This document shows positions 57,339-60,209 of a stretch of 60,209 bases of DNA, in pieces. Source of the DNA: a virus (taxonomy: Duplodnaviria; Caudoviricetes); IMG/VR virus record IMGVR_UViG_3300037518_000230, positions 1-60,209 of that record, one strand, 5' to 3'. The notes beneath the pieces are model-generated. The model saw only the letters and a list, made by a program, of their open reading frames with translations, had not been told where the DNA came from and ran no database searches. Each line of letters opens with the position of its first letter. Position 1 is the first letter of the stretch. Both the position numbers and the translations under genes were made by a program.

Positions 57339-58178
57339 ATGATTATCATCGATCCGACCGAGGCGCGCGAGAGCTCAAGGCTCCCAACAATCGAAGGCGC
57401 GGTTGAGTGTCCTTTTCTCGAAGAGGCGACCGGCGCTGACATCATGATCTCGCCCCTGATCATCCCCGCTCTAACCGAAGAGCTCCTTCGAAAGCACATC
57501 GTGGCCGGAGCGCTTCTCATTCAACGTAAGAGCGGCGACGACCTTCTTCACTCCCTTGGCGATCGTCTCAATAGCTCTCTGGCCCGTATGCGGGCTACTG
57601 GCGCTCGACAGGCTCAATGCGTCCTTCTCTTCATCGGCCGGTTCGACGTTGGTCCGAAGGCCGAGGCGATCATCGACGGCTCGCTTGCGATCCGGAATAC
57701 AAGCTACTGGGGAGTACAGGGAGCCTTCTCGAAATGGCATGACCGAGGCGGCGTCGTCGAACAACTTCACGACCATCGCCTTCTTGCCGACTGGATAAAA
57801 CTCCGAGAGAAGCACGTCAACGAGTATGTCGAGCGTCCCATAAAAGACGTCTATCGTCCCACGCCCGATGTAACCGAGGTCGATCTCGAAGTCCTTCAGA
57901 CGCTCCGGCCAGTAAATGACTGGCGGGTCGTCGTCGCCGCACTTCCCGGCATTGGTCCGAAGAGAGCGAATGCTCTTCAGGAAACTATGAAAGCGGAGGT
58001 GGGAACCGATAATCTGGTAACGGCCCTGATCTGGCTAACGACACCCTGGCTCGGCAAGAAAGTTCCGGGGATCGGAGACGGTATTATCAACAATCTTCGA
58101 GAGTTCATGCAACTCGAAGATATCTACGCGATTAAGATCGGGTTCTTGAGTGAATTATCAGTTACCGCACACGATTGA
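57339..58178 (+). CDS. ERCC4/XPF-like nuclease with helix-hairpin-helix motifs
   Basis: IIIDPTE, GADIM, IQRKSGDDLLHS, LPGIGPKRA, VPGIG. Confidence 0.78.
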   Translation: MIIIDPTEARESSRLPTIEGAVECPFLEEATGADIMISPLIIPALTEELLRKHIVAGALLIQRKSGDDLLHSLGDRLNSSLARMRATGARQAQCVLLFIGRFDVGPKAEAIIDGSLAIRNTSYWGVQGAFSKWHDRGGVVEQLHDHRLLADWIKLREKHVNEYVERPIKDVYRPTPDVTEVDLEVLQTLRPVNDWRVVVAALPGIGPKRANALQETMKAEVGTDNLVTALIWLTTPWLGKKVPGIGDGIINNLREFMQLEDIYAIKIGFLSELSVTAHD

Positions 58179-58202
58179 CGAATGTCCATTTTGTGCTATG
58201 AT
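58175..58202 (+). promoter_or_regulatory. Operator-containing promoter
   Basis: TTGACGAATGTCCATTT..TGCTATGAT. Confidence 0.7.
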
Positions 58203-58236
58203 TGAGAAGTATGAACTAGAGAGAAAGGGAAACGCG

Positions 58237-59253
58237 ATGACCGAACCTCTTATCAAAGGATTGATCCATGTTACCGGGGAGCCCGACTCAGGGAAAACTA
58301 CCTTCGCGCTATCGTCGGGAACGCCTCCGGAGAAGATCGTCTTCCTTGACGCCGATCTAAAAACTCAATCGATCGCCGATCAACTTCGGGATTCAGGCGC
58401 TCCGCTCGGTGTGTATCACAATCTCACGCGCGAGTTCGAAATGCTCGAAGGAAATAAGCGCAAGCCGGTTGACTTCTACAACTACGTTATGGGGATCATC
58501 GATAAGATCGAGACCGGTAAGTATAGCATCCTGATCTTTGATAACTGGTCCCATCTCGAAGGCGGTATTCGAGCTAAGTCGATGGAGCAAATGAGCGATA
58601 TCAGCGACCTGACCTGGGGCCAAATCAACAAGATGCAACAGCTAACTTGGCCTGCGACCTATCGCTTCTATGAGGGGGTGCTCGATCGCCTTCTCTCGAT
58701 CGCTCCGACCGTCTTTCTGATAACGCACCTGAAGGAGAAGTATATCGGCAATACCGCTACCGGGCTCAAGGACGCACGCGGCCAGCGCCCGGTTCGAGAG
58801 AAATCTTCGATGCGGATATGGCTCCGGCATAATCCGGACGGCCCGGAGCCGATCGGCTTGGTGCTAAAACGGCCGATGCGCGTATCGGTTGTCGATGGGG
58901 CTCTCAAGCCGATCAGCATTTTGCCCCGGCGAATAAAGCCCTGCACATGGGAGAAGATCGCCGAGTATTTCGAAAGCCCTATTCAGAACCGGGAGCCGAC
59001 CGAGGAGGAAACACCGAACGCCTTCGAGCTATCGGTCCTCGACGGTATCCTAACCGAAGATCAAAAGGACGTTCTGCGCGCCGCCCTTCAGGACATCGAA
59101 GATCGGCACGAATCCGAGGCGATCGAGGCGGCTGAGTTCGCCGGAACGCTCGCCGACCGTGTAGCAGAACTCACGATGCAAGGAAAGACGATACTCGAAA
59201 TCTCGCAGGAGCTCGGTGTAAGCCCGGCCGAAGTCGCTCATGCGAAAAACTAA
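58237..59253 (+). CDS. AAA ATPase (Sak4/AAA_24-like recombination protein) with C-terminal HTH
   Basis: GEPDSGKTT, FLDAD, LIFDN, LITH; GKTILEISQELGVS. Confidence 0.75.
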   Translation: MTEPLIKGLIHVTGEPDSGKTTFALSSGTPPEKIVFLDADLKTQSIADQLRDSGAPLGVYHNLTREFEMLEGNKRKPVDFYNYVMGIIDKIETGKYSILIFDNWSHLEGGIRAKSMEQMSDISDLTWGQINKMQQLTWPATYRFYEGVLDRLLSIAPTVFLITHLKEKYIGNTATGLKDARGQRPVREKSSMRIWLRHNPDGPEPIGLVLKRPMRVSVVDGALKPISILPRRIKPCTWEKIAEYFESPIQNREPTEEETPNAFELSVLDGILTEDQKDVLRAALQDIEDRHESEAIEAAEFAGTLADRVAELTMQGKTILEISQELGVSPAEVAHAKN

Positions 59254-59268
59254 CAGGGAGAAAACAAC

Positions 59269-60209
59269 ATGAAAACAGGCATCGATATCGGATACAGCGC
59301 GGTGAAAATTATCGCCGATGGCGGCGTCAAAACGAGCCTGCCCTCGATCGTCGGAACGGCCGAGCAAGCGCGCTTCTCGGTGTACGGAAGTTCCGAAGGG
59401 ATGATTATCACCGATGAGCGAGAGCGGGATTGGCTCGTTGGGCAAAGCGCCGTCGAGCAATCCCGTATGGTTCAGCGCCGGGAAGATCGCCGCTGGATCG
59501 AGAGTGACGAGTACCGGCTCCTCTTCTTAGCGTCACTCGCGACCGTATCGCCGGATGGCGAGCGGCCTCTAACGATCGTCTCTGGCCTTCCGGTTGCGTT
59601 CTATAACGACAAGGAGAATCTTCAAAACTTCTTTATCGGAACGCACTTCGCAAAGATTCACGGTCAGGGCGATGTCTCGTGGACCGTTCGGGAGTGCCGG
59701 GTAATCCCTCAGCCCTTCGGCGCTCTCCTTAGCGAAGCGCTCGATGATGCGGGCGATATCGAGGACGGCGAGCTCGCGAATGGTCGTGTCGGAGTGATCG
59801 ACTGTGGTGGGAAGACGACAAATCTTCTGAGTGTTTATCGAATGACCGAGCGTGTTCGTGAGACGGCAAGCGTCAATGTCGGCGGGTGGGATATCGTTCG
59901 AGCGATCCGGGAAATCCTCGCCGATCGTTGCCCCGATCTAGACCTTCGAGATCACGAAGTGATTGACGCGATCCTCGACGGCGAGGTAACGTATTTCGGC
60001 GAGCGGGTCGATCTTTCAACCGAGATCAATCTCGTTGTCGCTCCGATGGCCCGGCAGGTTATCGCCCAGGCCACGCAGCTATGGAACGGCGGCGCAGGAC
60101 TGGCCCGGATCCTGATAACTGGCGGGAGCGCGGCGCTGATGGTCGATCATCTAAAATCTGCCTTCGCTCATGCTCAGATCGTTGACGACCCGATCTATGC
60201 AAACGTCCT
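59269..60209 (+). CDS. parM: ParM/StbA-family actin-like ATPase, 5' part (continues across the junction to TGA at 156-158)
   Basis: Manual translation: MKTGIDIGYSAVK (phosphate-1), SGLP, VIPQPFGA, VIDCGGKTT (phosphate-2), ITGGSA. RBS GGGAG upstream. Missing from the ORF track because it wraps. Confidence 0.9.
   Translation, partial: MKTGIDIGYSAVKIIADGGVKTSLPSIVGTAEQARFSVYGSSEGMIITDERERDWLVGQSAVEQSRMVQRREDRRWIESDEYRLLFLASLATVSPDGERPLTIVSGLPVAFYNDKENLQNFFIGTHFAKIHGQGDVSWTVRECRVIPQPFGALLSEALDDAGDIEDGELANGRVGVIDCGGKTTNLLSVYRMTERVRETASVNVGGWDIVRAIREILADRCPDLDLRDHEVIDAILDGEVTYFGERVDLSTEINLVVAPMARQVIAQATQLWNGGAGLARILITGGSAALMVDHLKSAFAHAQIVDDPIYANV
60083..60209. repeat. Terminal direct repeat, second copy
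   Basis: Identical to 1-127. Confidence 0.97.

Noticed and set aside
58150-58236. N-terminal extension of the AAA ATPase in the ORF track
   Set aside because: It overlaps a promoter/operator and RBS; the ATG at 58237 is the more likely start.
1-60209. tRNA, rRNA, integrase or DNA polymerase A/B genes
   Set aside because: None recognised by eye; a divergent gene cannot be excluded without searches.

Overview
The window is a complete circular tailed-phage genome of about 60,082 bp; bases 1-127 repeat at 60083-60209. It looks siphovirus-like (tape measure, tail tube, frameshifted tail chaperones). Host is inferred to be a monoderm bacterium, most plausibly Chloroflexota/Anaerolineae, from the Flp pilin style and a sortase. 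Late genes (terminase to portal, head, tail, lysis) run on the minus strand from about 47.5 kb to 11.3 kb, interrupted by a plus-strand island of small genes at 33.6-37.5 kb. Early/replication genes run on the plus strand from about 48 kb through the junction to 11.3 kb. I recognise no integrase, but a ParM-like actin plus ParR-like gene spans the junction, suggesting a phage-plasmid lifestyle. Main highlights: (1) an HNH-Nop (TasH-like) gene flanked on both sides by 36-nt-period dual-repeat TIGR-like arrays, with an atypical HNH active site; (2) a sortase, its substrate and three Tad/Flp pilin-like genes; (3) a 9-mer, GCCTAGTAT, present at least 15 times; (4) an inverted-repeat-bounded locus with a pseudoknotted leader RNA; (5) a glycosyl-/sulfo-/methyltransferase cluster inside the head module; (6) a LAGLIDADG intein in a tail protein; (7) a nine-promoter operator regulon. 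All calls come from reading motifs by eye; no database searches were run.
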